Made by a program: the position numbers and the translations under genes. DNA of 15,861 nt from Bdellovibrionota bacterium (lineage in GTDB: Bacteria > Bdellovibrionota_C > UBA2361): NCBI GenBank assembly GCA_044352465.1, contig JBILDU010000072.1:1-15861 (forward strand). Direction: 5' to 3'. The notes under the pieces are model-generated. The model did not search any database. It worked only from the letters and a program-made list of their open reading frames with translations, and was not told the DNA's origin. Shown here piece by piece: positions 7,244-15,562 of the stretch (positions are counted from its first letter, which is position 1; each line of letters starts with the position of its first letter).

Positions 7244-7803
7244 GATGCGCACTGTACCGGAAAGAAACTGGTCTCATCGAGGATAAGGCTTTCGAACTGA
7301 TCTTGGAGGCAAAACAAACATTTTTGCGCGGCGTGAGCGCGCTGCACCTTTACTTCGAGCCAGCGCATCTGGACCTGATTTGGCCCCGGGTCCTCGATTC
7401 GGGTGACCGGACCTTTAAACTCGACCCGCCAGTCGGTTGGTTCAAAGCCCGCTTCCCGGAGGTAGTGACACGCCATATACATCCCGCTTCTGAGGGGAAT
7501 AGCGTCGTTTGGAAAATCGCCCCCGAGAACTGTCGCGCAGCCTCCGCTGCCAACCAGCTCTGCCGCTGTTGCCCCGCACCAGGCGGCGGTTGCGGTTGGT
7601 GAAAGCTTCGCTGTCATCGAGCCAGCGGTGCGGGCTCCAGCGCGGGAGGCTTGGTAGATAACTGTTGATTGCTGAAAGACGTATCCGAGGTCGATGATGC
7701 CGGCGATAATAAAGAGGACGAGCGGAAAGATAACCGCGGTTTCGACGAGGACCGACCCCTGAGTTTGGTGCCGCGCGTGTGCGCGGGACGAGCCCACAAC
7801 CAT
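7240..7803 (-). CDS. tadE: TadE-like pseudopilin
   Basis: QG|SVLVETAVIFPLVLFIIAGIIDLG...ASRAGARTA, a classic TadE N-terminus. Confidence 0.9.
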   Translation of the reverse strand: MVVGSSRAHARHQTQGSVLVETAVIFPLVLFIIAGIIDLGYVFQQSTVIYQASRAGARTAGSMTAKLSPTATAAWCGATAAELVGSGGCATVLGGDFPNDAIPLRSGMYMACHYLREAGFEPTDWRVEFKGPVTRIEDPGPNQVQMRWLEVKVQRAHAAQKCLFCLQDQFESLILDETSFFPVQCAS

Positions 7804-7971
7804 CGTAAGAACCCCACATCAACCGGAGGTGCCTGAAGCGCTATGCGATCCATCCCCCGATGGGCGCGGTAGCGGCTGAGACGTGACCAAACGTATGGGT
7901 CAAACGACCCTCGCCGGTGAGGCACACCCCCTCTTCGCCATAGTTATGGCCCAACTCCGCGTTAACGCTAC

Positions 7972-8000
7972 TTATCGGCACAACAACCGCTCGAGCTTAA
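7972..8000 (-). promoter_or_regulatory. Putative sigma28 (FliA)-type promoter for the tadE-tadE-tadG cluster
   Basis: Minus strand reads TTAAG-N16-GCCGATAA, with a perfect sigma28 -10 element, about 170 nt upstream of the tadE ATG. Confidence 0.6.
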
Positions 8001-8063
8001 GGGGGTGGCACCACTAAGTGCGCGGATACTCACCATTTCGAGGCAATGATCGCCTATTGGTAC

Positions 8064-8972
8064 TTACGCCACCGGCACATCACTCACCGCGCCTACGGCG
8101 GCGCGTGGGATGGCGTTGTTTATGCGTTTCAAGAGCCCTGAGAGCACCGCGCCGGCTCCGAATTCGACCGCTTTCTCGATCGCCTCGCCGGTGATTGCAT
8201 TCTCCATACATTCAATCCACCGTACTCGCCCACAGACCTGGGCTTTAAGCGCTCCGCGGATCTCCTCGGGGGAGCGGACCGGTTGGGCGGTGAAATTAGC
8301 GTACACCGGGAAAGCGGCGGGCTTAATTTCGGTGTGATCGAGGTCGACGGCGAGCTTGTCAGCCGCAGGTTGCATGAGGGCGCAATGGAACGGTGCGCTC
8401 ACCGCGAGGTCGGTCATCCGCGCATCTCCCAGCGCTAATTTAAAAGCATCGACCGCTGCCGCAGCGCCGGCGACGACGATTTGACCGGGGGAGTTGATGT
8501 TGGCGATCTGCACCACGCCGGAGGTGACGGAAGCGATAGCGGCTTCGATCTCAGCGGTCTCTTTGCCGAGCACCGCGACCATCTTACCCTCGCCCACCGG
8601 GACCGCTGTCTGCATGTATTTGCCCCGCTTGTGGACGAGTACGACCGCATCCTCGAAGCGGAGCGCCCCGGCAGCGACGAGGGCGGAGTATTCGCCGAGG
8701 CTGTGGCCTGCTGCGGCGGTGAGGGTGAGGCCCGCCTCGGCGGCGAGTCGGTAGCAGATGGTGCTAACCGTCAAGATGGCGGGTTGGGCGTGCTCGGTCG
8801 CCGTCAACGCTTCGGCGGGACCTTCGAAACAGAGGGTCGAAAGTTTAAACCCAAGCGCCTCGTCGGCGGCGCTGAAGATGCTTCGAGCTATCGGGGACTG
8901 CTCAAAGAGCTCCTTTCCCATACCGACTTTTTGTGAACCTTGACCGGGGAAAAGACCGAGAATTTTCGCCAT
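8064..8972 (-). CDS. fabD: Malonyl-CoA:ACP transacylase
   Basis: FPGQGSQ, TEHAQPAIL, catalytic GHSLGEY, R of HKRG, ANINSPGQIVVAG, VSAPFHC, VRW, VEFGAG. Confidence 0.97.
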   Translation of the reverse strand: MAKILGLFPGQGSQKVGMGKELFEQSPIARSIFSAADEALGFKLSTLCFEGPAEALTATEHAQPAILTVSTICYRLAAEAGLTLTAAAGHSLGEYSALVAAGALRFEDAVVLVHKRGKYMQTAVPVGEGKMVAVLGKETAEIEAAIASVTSGVVQIANINSPGQIVVAGAAAAVDAFKLALGDARMTDLAVSAPFHCALMQPAADKLAVDLDHTEIKPAAFPVYANFTAQPVRSPEEIRGALKAQVCGRVRWIECMENAITGEAIEKAVEFGAGAVLSGLLKRINNAIPRAAVGAVSDVPVA

Positions 8973-9012
8973 ATAACGCCGTGTTTCCTCAATGGTTTTG
9001 GAGGGGGAAGAT

Positions 9013-9182
9013 AATGGCTCTGCCGAAGAAAGGGAAGAGCCATTCTAACCACTATAGTTAGGGAGGTTCGCTTCGCTCGCCGCGAGCTACGGACAGAAGC
9101 GTCCTGTCGGGAGTTCGGAACCCCTCAAACTCCGATTCTCGAGGTTGCCCCAGCGCTTTGCGCTGACCGCGCCACCTCTAAG
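9013..9182. other. Cluster of inverted repeats in the fabD/kinase divergent intergenic region (possible REP/MITE-like element or structured RNA)
   Basis: Stems: AATGGCTCT/AGAGCCATT (9013-9044), CTAAC/GTTAG (9045-9061), GCTCG/CGAGC (9075-9087), GACAG/CTGTC (9092-9108), GGAGTT/AACTCC (9110-9133), and CAGCGC/GCGCTG (9151-9165) nested in GAGGT/ACCTC (9141-9178). Confidence 0.45.
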
Positions 9183-9333
9183 CCGATGCGTCAGATAAAC
9201 CGATGATCTCCATCGATTTTCTTTCGCTTTAGGAGCGCTGCGAACGGGTCGATATCCCTTGAGGAGCCGGTTATAGCGACGGCTCTATCGTGGTGTGCCC
9301 ACCCACGAGTCGCACGGAGTTGTTGTTGTGAGT

Positions 9334-10467
9334 ATGCAGTTATCCACTACTGAGCGGGCCTCAGTTCTCGTTGTCGATGATAACCCCCTTGTTCTTGGGG
9401 TGATGCGCACCTTATTGGCGGCGCACGATTACGCTGTTCTGACCTCTGAAAACGGTAAGCAAGCGCTGGCGACCCTCGCCGAGCACTCCGTCGATCTCAT
9501 TATCTGTGATGTCATGATGCCCGAGATGGGGGGGTATGACCTCCACAAAGCGGTGCGCGAGAACCGCAAGCTCTCCCATGTGCCGTTTGTTTTTTTAACC
9601 GCCCTCGCCGATCCCGGTGAGATCGAGCAGGGGCTCCGTTCAGGCGCGGACGACTATCTCGTCAAGCCGTTTGACCCCCAAAAGATGCTCTCGATTGTTG
9701 AAGGGAAAATCGCACGCTCGCGCATGTTACGACGCGCGTCGGCCGATCAATTCGATGATTATCGAAAGCGGGTAGTGCACACGTTGTCGCACGAGTTTCG
9801 TACCCCACTGGTGGCGATTAATACCGGAACCGAGCTCCTGATCGATAATCACAGCGCCATGCCGGTTGAAAAGGTGCAACATCTCCTGGAGGCGATCCAG
9901 CGGGGGGGGCAACGACTCGAGCGGCTCGTGAGCGACTTTATGTTGCTTCAACAGGTCGAGGCCGGGGTGAGTCAGCGGTTGTTTGAATCGCGGAGTACGG
10001 TGCTTGTGGTCGGGGAGGTAGTTGCCCGGGTTGTTGAGGGGCTCGGCGAGCAGATTGCCTCGCTCGGTTATGAGTTGTCGTATCGTGATGAGACGGCGCG
10101 TGCCCGGTGCAAGATCTACGAGCCGCAGTTTCATGAGATTTTAGCTCGTCTCGTCGATAATGCGGTGAAATTCTCACCGGAGCATCGGCGAATCGATGTC
10201 GTGGGGCGCCTCGTTGACTCAGCGGTATGGGTTGACGTGTGTGATCGGGGCATCGGTATCGATCCCCAGGCGCTCGACGAAGCCGGTAATCCCTTCGGCC
10301 AGATGAACCGTGATAAGCTTGAGCAGCAAGGGGGGGGCTTTGGGCTCGCCATCGCGAAACGCTTCGCGGGGGTAAATCGTGGCCGGATCGAGATCGGTCC
10401 ACGCGAGGGGGGCGGAACGGTAGTCTCAGTTATCATCCCGGTTTACGACCCGTTACACGAGCGCTGA
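9334..10467 (+). CDS. Cytoplasmic hybrid signalling protein: receiver domain + histidine kinase (REC-HisKA-HATPase_c)
   Basis: REC: VLVVDD, DVMMP (phospho-Asp), FLTA, KPF. H-box SHEFRTPL, N-box LVDNAVKF, G1 DRGIGI, F NPFGQ, G2 GGFGLAI. Start uncertain (ATG 9334 or GTG 9295). Confidence 0.93.
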   Translation: MQLSTTERASVLVVDDNPLVLGVMRTLLAAHDYAVLTSENGKQALATLAEHSVDLIICDVMMPEMGGYDLHKAVRENRKLSHVPFVFLTALADPGEIEQGLRSGADDYLVKPFDPQKMLSIVEGKIARSRMLRRASADQFDDYRKRVVHTLSHEFRTPLVAINTGTELLIDNHSAMPVEKVQHLLEAIQRGGQRLERLVSDFMLLQQVEAGVSQRLFESRSTVLVVGEVVARVVEGLGEQIASLGYELSYRDETARARCKIYEPQFHEILARLVDNAVKFSPEHRRIDVVGRLVDSAVWVDVCDRGIGIDPQALDEAGNPFGQMNRDKLEQQGGGFGLAIAKRFAGVNRGRIEIGPREGGGTVVSVIIPVYDPLHER

Positions 10468-10684
10468 AGAGGGCGCTCTGGGCGGTTCTCCGATTGTCCT
10501 TACCGGATAGCCCGGATATCATCCACAGTGATTGATGACATGGGTTTCCCAAAGCCCTGGTATCGTCCGTGGGGAGGATGGCGCGCATCGACGGTGTAGC
10601 CCCTTTTCCTCCCCGGGGACGTTGTGTCGGTGTGGTACGATCGCGCCTGCAGCGCGATAACAGCCCCGTTCGTAAGGATTGCTG

Positions 10685-12235
10685 ATGCATCGCTCGAGCT
10701 CGCGAATTATTTTTTTTCTGCTCTCGTTTTGTTTCGCCGTGGGTGGCTTTTCCGCGGTAGTGCGGGCGGACGTGAGTGAAACTCGGGCGACGCTTTCGCG
10801 ACTCGCTGATAACGTGCACACCGCCACGTTGTCGAACGGATTGCGGGTGGTTTTGTACCGGCGGGGCGTGGCACCGGTATTCGCCGGCGCCGTAGGAGTA
10901 CGGGTAGGTGGAAGCGATGAGAAGCCGGGACATACCGGGATCGCCCATATGCTTGAGCATATGGCCTTTAAGGGCACCTCAGAGATCGGAACCCGCGATT
11001 TTAGCCGTGAGAAAAAGCTGCTGGCTGAGCTTGAGGAGCTGGTGCGGTTCCAGCTTCCGGATGGGTCTCTCCCCGCGAAGGAAAAAAAGCGGTGGGATGA
11101 GATTCATGCTGACTTAGAGAAGTTGTGGGTGGCGGAAGAGTTCACTCGCCGTTACGAGGAGCGGGGCGCGGTGGGGATGAACGCCACGACCGACTCGGAG
11201 CTCACCCGTTATTTTACCGAGATGCCGCGCGCCGCGTTCGAGTTCTGGTGTCGGATGGAGTCGGCCCGGATTCTCGACCCGGTGATGCGCCAGTTCTACC
11301 GTGAGCGGGACGTCGTCATGGAGGAGCGGCGGATGCGGAGTGAGGACTCGCCCGAAGGGAAGCTCTACGAGCATCTTCTCGGAATGACCTTTTTGCACCA
11401 TCCATATCAGAATCCGGTGATCGGTTTCGCCCGCGATATCGCCGGTCTGACCGCGACGCAGGTGCGGGATTTTCATCGGCGTTACTACGTTCCAGCGAAC
11501 ATCGCGGTGAGCCTGGTGGGGGATGTTGACCCGGCCCGCGATATCCCGATCCTTGAGCGTTACTTTGGAAGAATACCCCGCGGTCCGCTCCCTGAACGGC
11601 CCCAGGCAGTCGAGCCTCCCCAAGAGGGAGCGCGCGAGTTCGTGCTTGAAAACAAAGCCTCGCCGCAGATGTTTATCGCCTATCGGAAGATGCAGTACCC
11701 GCATCCGGATGACGCACCGGTTTCGATACTCCTGGAGATGCTTGCGGGAAGCTCGATCTCTCCGCTCTATAAGGAGCTGGTGAAGAAACGTCAAATCGCT
11801 GCCGCAATAGGCTACGATGAGGCTCCCGGGAATGCCTATCCGAACTTAGCGATCTTTTCTCTAACGACGAAGGCCCCCCATACGAACGCCCAATTATTAG
11901 TGGCTTTCGATGAGGTGCTTGAGCAGTTCCGCGCTCATCCGGTCGACCCGAGTGCACTCGAGATCGCCAAACGGGCGGTCGCAGTGGAGTATCTCGAGCA
12001 TCTCCGCTCGAACCTGTCGCTCGCCATCGATTTCGCCTCATCGACACTGCTCTACGATAATTGGCGCGCAATGATCGATTGGTACGACCAAGCGATGCGG
12101 GTAACTCCCGCGGATATAGAGCGGGTGGCCGCGACCTATCTGGTGCCGCGCAATCGTGTCGTGGCGCGGCTCGAGCGGCAGGACGATGGCGTTGGGCCGG
12201 GTGGGGCTCGCTTGGAAAAGGGAAGGGGGCGATGA
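10685..12235 (+). CDS. M16B zinc peptidase, catalytic (HxxEH) subunit, with signal peptide
   Basis: LSNGLRV, VGGSDEKPGHTGIAHMLEHMAFKG (inverted Zn motif), NATT, ERDVVMEERRMR, HPYQNPVIG, YYVPAN. Hydrophobic N-terminus ending AVVRA. Start ATG 10685 (TTG 10679 alternative). Confidence 0.95.
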   Translation: MHRSSSRIIFFLLSFCFAVGGFSAVVRADVSETRATLSRLADNVHTATLSNGLRVVLYRRGVAPVFAGAVGVRVGGSDEKPGHTGIAHMLEHMAFKGTSEIGTRDFSREKKLLAELEELVRFQLPDGSLPAKEKKRWDEIHADLEKLWVAEEFTRRYEERGAVGMNATTDSELTRYFTEMPRAAFEFWCRMESARILDPVMRQFYRERDVVMEERRMRSEDSPEGKLYEHLLGMTFLHHPYQNPVIGFARDIAGLTATQVRDFHRRYYVPANIAVSLVGDVDPARDIPILERYFGRIPRGPLPERPQAVEPPQEGAREFVLENKASPQMFIAYRKMQYPHPDDAPVSILLEMLAGSSISPLYKELVKKRQIAAAIGYDEAPGNAYPNLAIFSLTTKAPHTNAQLLVAFDEVLEQFRAHPVDPSALEIAKRAVAVEYLEHLRSNLSLAIDFASSTLLYDNWRAMIDWYDQAMRVTPADIERVAATYLVPRNRVVARLERQDDGVGPGGARLEKGRGR

Positions 12236-13725
12236 AGAGAATTGATTTCACCTTATCTCGCATTTTGACCAGCGCCATTTTGGTGGCGCTGGTGGGGCTT
12301 ACTACCGGCGGGTGTCGTGGTCCCCTTGGTCGAATACCACAGGTGCCGGCGGTGGATGTTGCCCCGGCCTACACCCCACCCAAGCCGGAGGAGTGGGTGA
12401 TGGGGAACGGCCTGCGGGTCATGTTTATCCGGGATGGGGAGCTTCCGCTCGTAAGGGTCAATCTGCTCATGCGAGGCGGAACCTTATGGGAGCCCCTTGA
12501 ACGTTGGGGGGCGGTGAGCGCTGTGGGTGCGCAGTTACGGCTCGGCGGTGCGGGGGAGCGGAGCGCCGACGAGCTCGATCGACTTCTGGAGGAGCTTTCG
12601 GCGGGGATCAGTACCTCAGCGGGCGGGGAGTCGATCAACGCGTCGTTGCGATGTCTCTCGTCCGATCTCGATGCTGTGCTTGGTCTTTTCGCTGATGTGA
12701 TTCAACGGCCTCGTTTCGAGGAGGGGCGGCTGAATTTATGGAAGGGGCAAAATCTCGAAGCGATTCGGCGACGGGTCGACGACCCCTCAACAGTTGCGGG
12801 TCTCGCCCTCGGCGAGCTGCTCTACGGGTGGAGCCCCTACGGGCGTTTCCCGCTGGAGGAGGATATCAGTGCGCTTTCGCGGGCCGATCTGACTGCGGTC
12901 CATGGGCAGTTTGTGGTGCCGAGCGGTGCGATCTTAACGATAACCGGGGATGTCTCCCGCGCGGAGGTTGAGCGGTTACTTGAGAAACATCTGGGTGGCT
13001 GGCGCGCGGCGGGTGCCGTGGCGCGTGTTTTACCACCGGTCGAGACGGCACCCGTCCCCGGGATCTATTTTATTCGCCTCCCCTTTTCGCAGGCGACCGT
13101 TTATCTGGGGCAACTCGGTGTTCCACGGCTTACGGATGATTACATTGAGATAGAGGGATTTAACGAGCTTTTTGGGGCGTCGGGTTTTAGTTCGCTCTTG
13201 ATGCAGCGGATCCGTTCCGAGCTCGGTCTCGCTTATTCGGTCTACGGGGGGATCCTCCCTGGGCCGGTGAAGGGTAAAAACGTCATCGCGCTGCAGACAA
13301 AAGCTGAGTCGAGTGGTACGGCGGTCGTAGAGTCGCTCCGTGTTCTTAAAGCGATGCAATCGACTCCGGTCGAGACTGAGAAACTCGCCGAGGCGCAACG
13401 CTCGATTACGAACTCGTTTATATTTAGGTTCGACACTATCGACGAGGCGCTCAATCGGCGTGCGCTGCAAACGTACCTGGATTACCCCACCGATTACGAT
13501 GCGACCTACCTTCCCCGTATCGCTGCGCTCAGCCCCGAGGCGATTCGGCGCACTGGGGAGCGGCGTTGGGATCTCTCTCAATTTGTTATCGTTGTCGTTG
13601 GAGACGATAAGGCGTACGCTGCTCTTAGAGAGACCTTAGCGAACGGGGCTCCAGAGCTTGCGGGCTACTCGCTGCGTGAGGTGACGTTCGATAAGCGGCT
13701 GGGAGAGAGAGGGGAGCGGTCATGA
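12232..13725 (+). CDS. M16B peptidase partner subunit (no HxxEH; carries R/Y pair), probable lipoprotein
   Basis: ATGA overlap with the upstream stop at 12232-12235. Signal peptide ending LTTGGC; MGNGLRV; zinc motif replaced (AVGAQLR); SSLLMQRIRSELGLAYSV. Confidence 0.92.
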   Translation: MKRIDFTLSRILTSAILVALVGLTTGGCRGPLGRIPQVPAVDVAPAYTPPKPEEWVMGNGLRVMFIRDGELPLVRVNLLMRGGTLWEPLERWGAVSAVGAQLRLGGAGERSADELDRLLEELSAGISTSAGGESINASLRCLSSDLDAVLGLFADVIQRPRFEEGRLNLWKGQNLEAIRRRVDDPSTVAGLALGELLYGWSPYGRFPLEEDISALSRADLTAVHGQFVVPSGAILTITGDVSRAEVERLLEKHLGGWRAAGAVARVLPPVETAPVPGIYFIRLPFSQATVYLGQLGVPRLTDDYIEIEGFNELFGASGFSSLLMQRIRSELGLAYSVYGGILPGPVKGKNVIALQTKAESSGTAVVESLRVLKAMQSTPVETEKLAEAQRSITNSFIFRFDTIDEALNRRALQTYLDYPTDYDATYLPRIAALSPEAIRRTGERRWDLSQFVIVVVGDDKAYAALRETLANGAPELAGYSLREVTFDKRLGERGERS

Positions 13726-14432
13726 GAGGATTCGGAAGTTTGTGTCGACGCGCTACGGTGGCCCTTGGCGCGAGCGCTCTGGTGGCGTGCGCCCCAGCCA
13801 CTCCTGGCCCCGACAAGCAATTTGCTGGGGCGCTCGAGGGCGCCGCTCTCGGGGCGGGTAGCGGAGCGATTACCGGTTTCCACGTCGCCGCGGCATCTGG
13901 ACCAGGGGCTGCCATCGGGGCGGGCTTCGGTGCGGTCGTTGGTGGTATTCAAGGATTAGTCGCCGATCAGGAGGAGGAGGCGATGTTGGCCCTCGCCGCG
14001 GAGCGACGGGGTGAGCGCTCCCGTGCGCAAGTTCATGAGACGCTCAGCGAGCACTATCAGCGTCGTCTTGAGCTTCATCCCACGCGAGATATCTATCCCG
14101 CCGATCTTTTCTTTGATGGGGACGAGGTCGATTTAAAGCCAGGAGCAGTAGCCTTAATCGATGAGATGGCTCGACTCAATAAGCGGCGGTTACCGTGGTC
14201 CCGTTTGGTAGTGGCGGCGTATGCGAAATCCTCGTCTCCAGACTCGGAGTTTGCCCGCCATTTAACCGAACGGCGTTCGCGGGCGATCGGCGACCAGCTT
14301 ATCCGGGGGGGGATCGAGCCGCGCCGGATAGTTACCAGGGCTGTGGTTATCGACGAGCCGGTTTTAATCGACCCGCACGATAAAGTTTCGCGATACAATC
14401 AAGCAATTGAAATCATTCCGGCCGATCGGTAA
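13722..14432 (+). CDS. Lipoprotein with glycine zipper and degenerate OmpA-like C-terminal domain
   Basis: Lipobox LVAC; GAALGAGSGA...GAAIGAGFGAVVGG zipper; OmpA_C-like LFFDGDEVDLKP...LTERRSRAIGDQLIRGGIEPRRI...NQAIEI. ATGA overlap with the upstream gene. Confidence 0.8.
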   Translation: MRGFGSLCRRATVALGASALVACAPATPGPDKQFAGALEGAALGAGSGAITGFHVAAASGPGAAIGAGFGAVVGGIQGLVADQEEEAMLALAAERRGERSRAQVHETLSEHYQRRLELHPTRDIYPADLFFDGDEVDLKPGAVALIDEMARLNKRRLPWSRLVVAAYAKSSSPDSEFARHLTERRSRAIGDQLIRGGIEPRRIVTRAVVIDEPVLIDPHDKVSRYNQAIEIIPADR

Positions 14433-14492
14433 TCTTAATAAAAATGCCCCGGCGAGCACCGCTCCCCGCACGGCAAAGGTATGGGAGGGTGT

Positions 14493-14825
14493 ATGAAGGC
14501 GAAGAAAGAGTCTAAGGGAAAAAACGGGAAACCTATGGGTGGTGACGGCGAGCGGTTTGGTGAGATCTCAAACAAGGCTGAGCTTAAAACTTTTCTCCTC
14601 AATGTTCGGGATAAGATGGCTGAAGGATCGGCTGCGGCGATTTACAGCCTTAGCGCGATGAATTTTGCTCTCAATCTCCCCGATATTCACGGCATGCTCG
14701 ATAATGAAAACAAAGAGTTGGCCCGTGACATCTGGCTTCGATTGAAGCAGGCTGGGGTTCAATTGAGGAATCCTCCGATGCTCTTCACTGCTGAAGAGGA
14801 AGATCTGACGGCGGCGAGCGCTTAG
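14493..14825 (+). CDS. Hypothetical protein (~110 aa, predicted helical)
   Basis: ATG at 14493 preceded by a GGAGG SD; protein-like composition; followed by a terminator. Confidence 0.7.
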   Translation: MKAKKESKGKNGKPMGGDGERFGEISNKAELKTFLLNVRDKMAEGSAAAIYSLSAMNFALNLPDIHGMLDNENKELARDIWLRLKQAGVQLRNPPMLFTAEEEDLTAASA

Positions 14826-14852
14826 GGCCTCACCGTCTTGGGTCGATAGAGG

Positions 14853-14896
14853 GGGCCGGCGCTGTTAGCCAGCGTTGGCCCTCTTTCTTTTTCTTT
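14853..14896 (+). terminator. Rho-independent terminator
   Basis: GGGCCGGCGCTG-TTAGC-CAGCGTTGGCCC, a 12-bp stem with two G-U pairs, followed by TCTTTCTTTTTCTTT. Confidence 0.75.
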
Positions 14897-15025
14897 GTGG
14901 GCTAAACGTATCGGAGGAACTGGTATCGTGGCAGCAGACGCCCCGCATGCACTCCGTCCGAGTGCACGCCGCCCTCATGCTCCGTCATTTTTTACTTCGT
15001 GAGTGTGGAACTCTACCGGCGGCTA

Positions 15026-15358
15026 CTAATCGCCCGCCTCGAGCTCGCTCTCGGACACATGCTCGCCGTTAATGGCGCGACGCAGCAGTTGGCTCGGCTT
15101 GAATTTGACCACTTTGCGGGCCCGGAGGATGATTGAATCTCCGGTCTGCGGGTTACGACCCCGGCGCGGGGGCTTAAATTTGACCTCGTAAGAACCAAAG
15201 CCTGAAAGCATTACCTTGCCGTCTTTCTCGAGGGAGTCCTTGATTATCTCGATATAGTCCTCGACGATCTGAGCCGCTTTCTGCTTGTCGACGGGAAGCG
15301 TCGCATAGATTGCATCAGCTAGATCAGCCTTAGTCAGACAGTACCGTGCATTTCCCAT
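15026..15358 (-). CDS. ihfA: Integration host factor alpha subunit (HU/IHF family)
   Basis: LTKADLA, VMLSGFGSY, RRGRNPQTG, ARKVVKFKPSQLLR. LTKA, LSGFG and F(K/R)PSQ.L are closer to IHF-alpha than to HU. Confidence 0.85.
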   Translation of the reverse strand: MGNARYCLTKADLADAIYATLPVDKQKAAQIVEDYIEIIKDSLEKDGKVMLSGFGSYEVKFKPPRRGRNPQTGDSIILRARKVVKFKPSQLLRRAINGEHVSESELEAGD

Positions 15359-15549
15359 ATACGCCCTGTTCGAATTCCTCTTTTAACAGTGGACTCAAAG
15401 CCTTAGTTAGCTTACCGGTCGAGTATTACTCTAAAGGTCTAATCATGACAAGTGTTTAGACGAAGCTAACTGAAATCACTACTTATTAGACGCAGTCTCG
15501 TCTGGTGGGGATTTAAATCAATCAGAAAAAAATTACCTTGTGATGGGCT

Positions 15550-15562
15550 TAACTTATTGAAA
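15550..15562 (-). promoter_or_regulatory. IHF-like binding site upstream of ihfA
   Basis: Reverse complement TTTCAATAAGTTA matches WATCAANNNNTTR with one mismatch, within an AT-rich region. Confidence 0.4.

Noticed and set aside
7804..8063. Hidden flp pilin gene upstream of tadE
   Set aside because: No ORF with a G|x4-EY motif and hydrophobic helix was found; the 7614-7925 ORF does not look like a protein.
12061..12231. 57-aa N-terminal extension of the second M16 subunit
   Set aside because: It overlaps the upstream gene; the ATGA overlap and signal peptide support the start at 12232.
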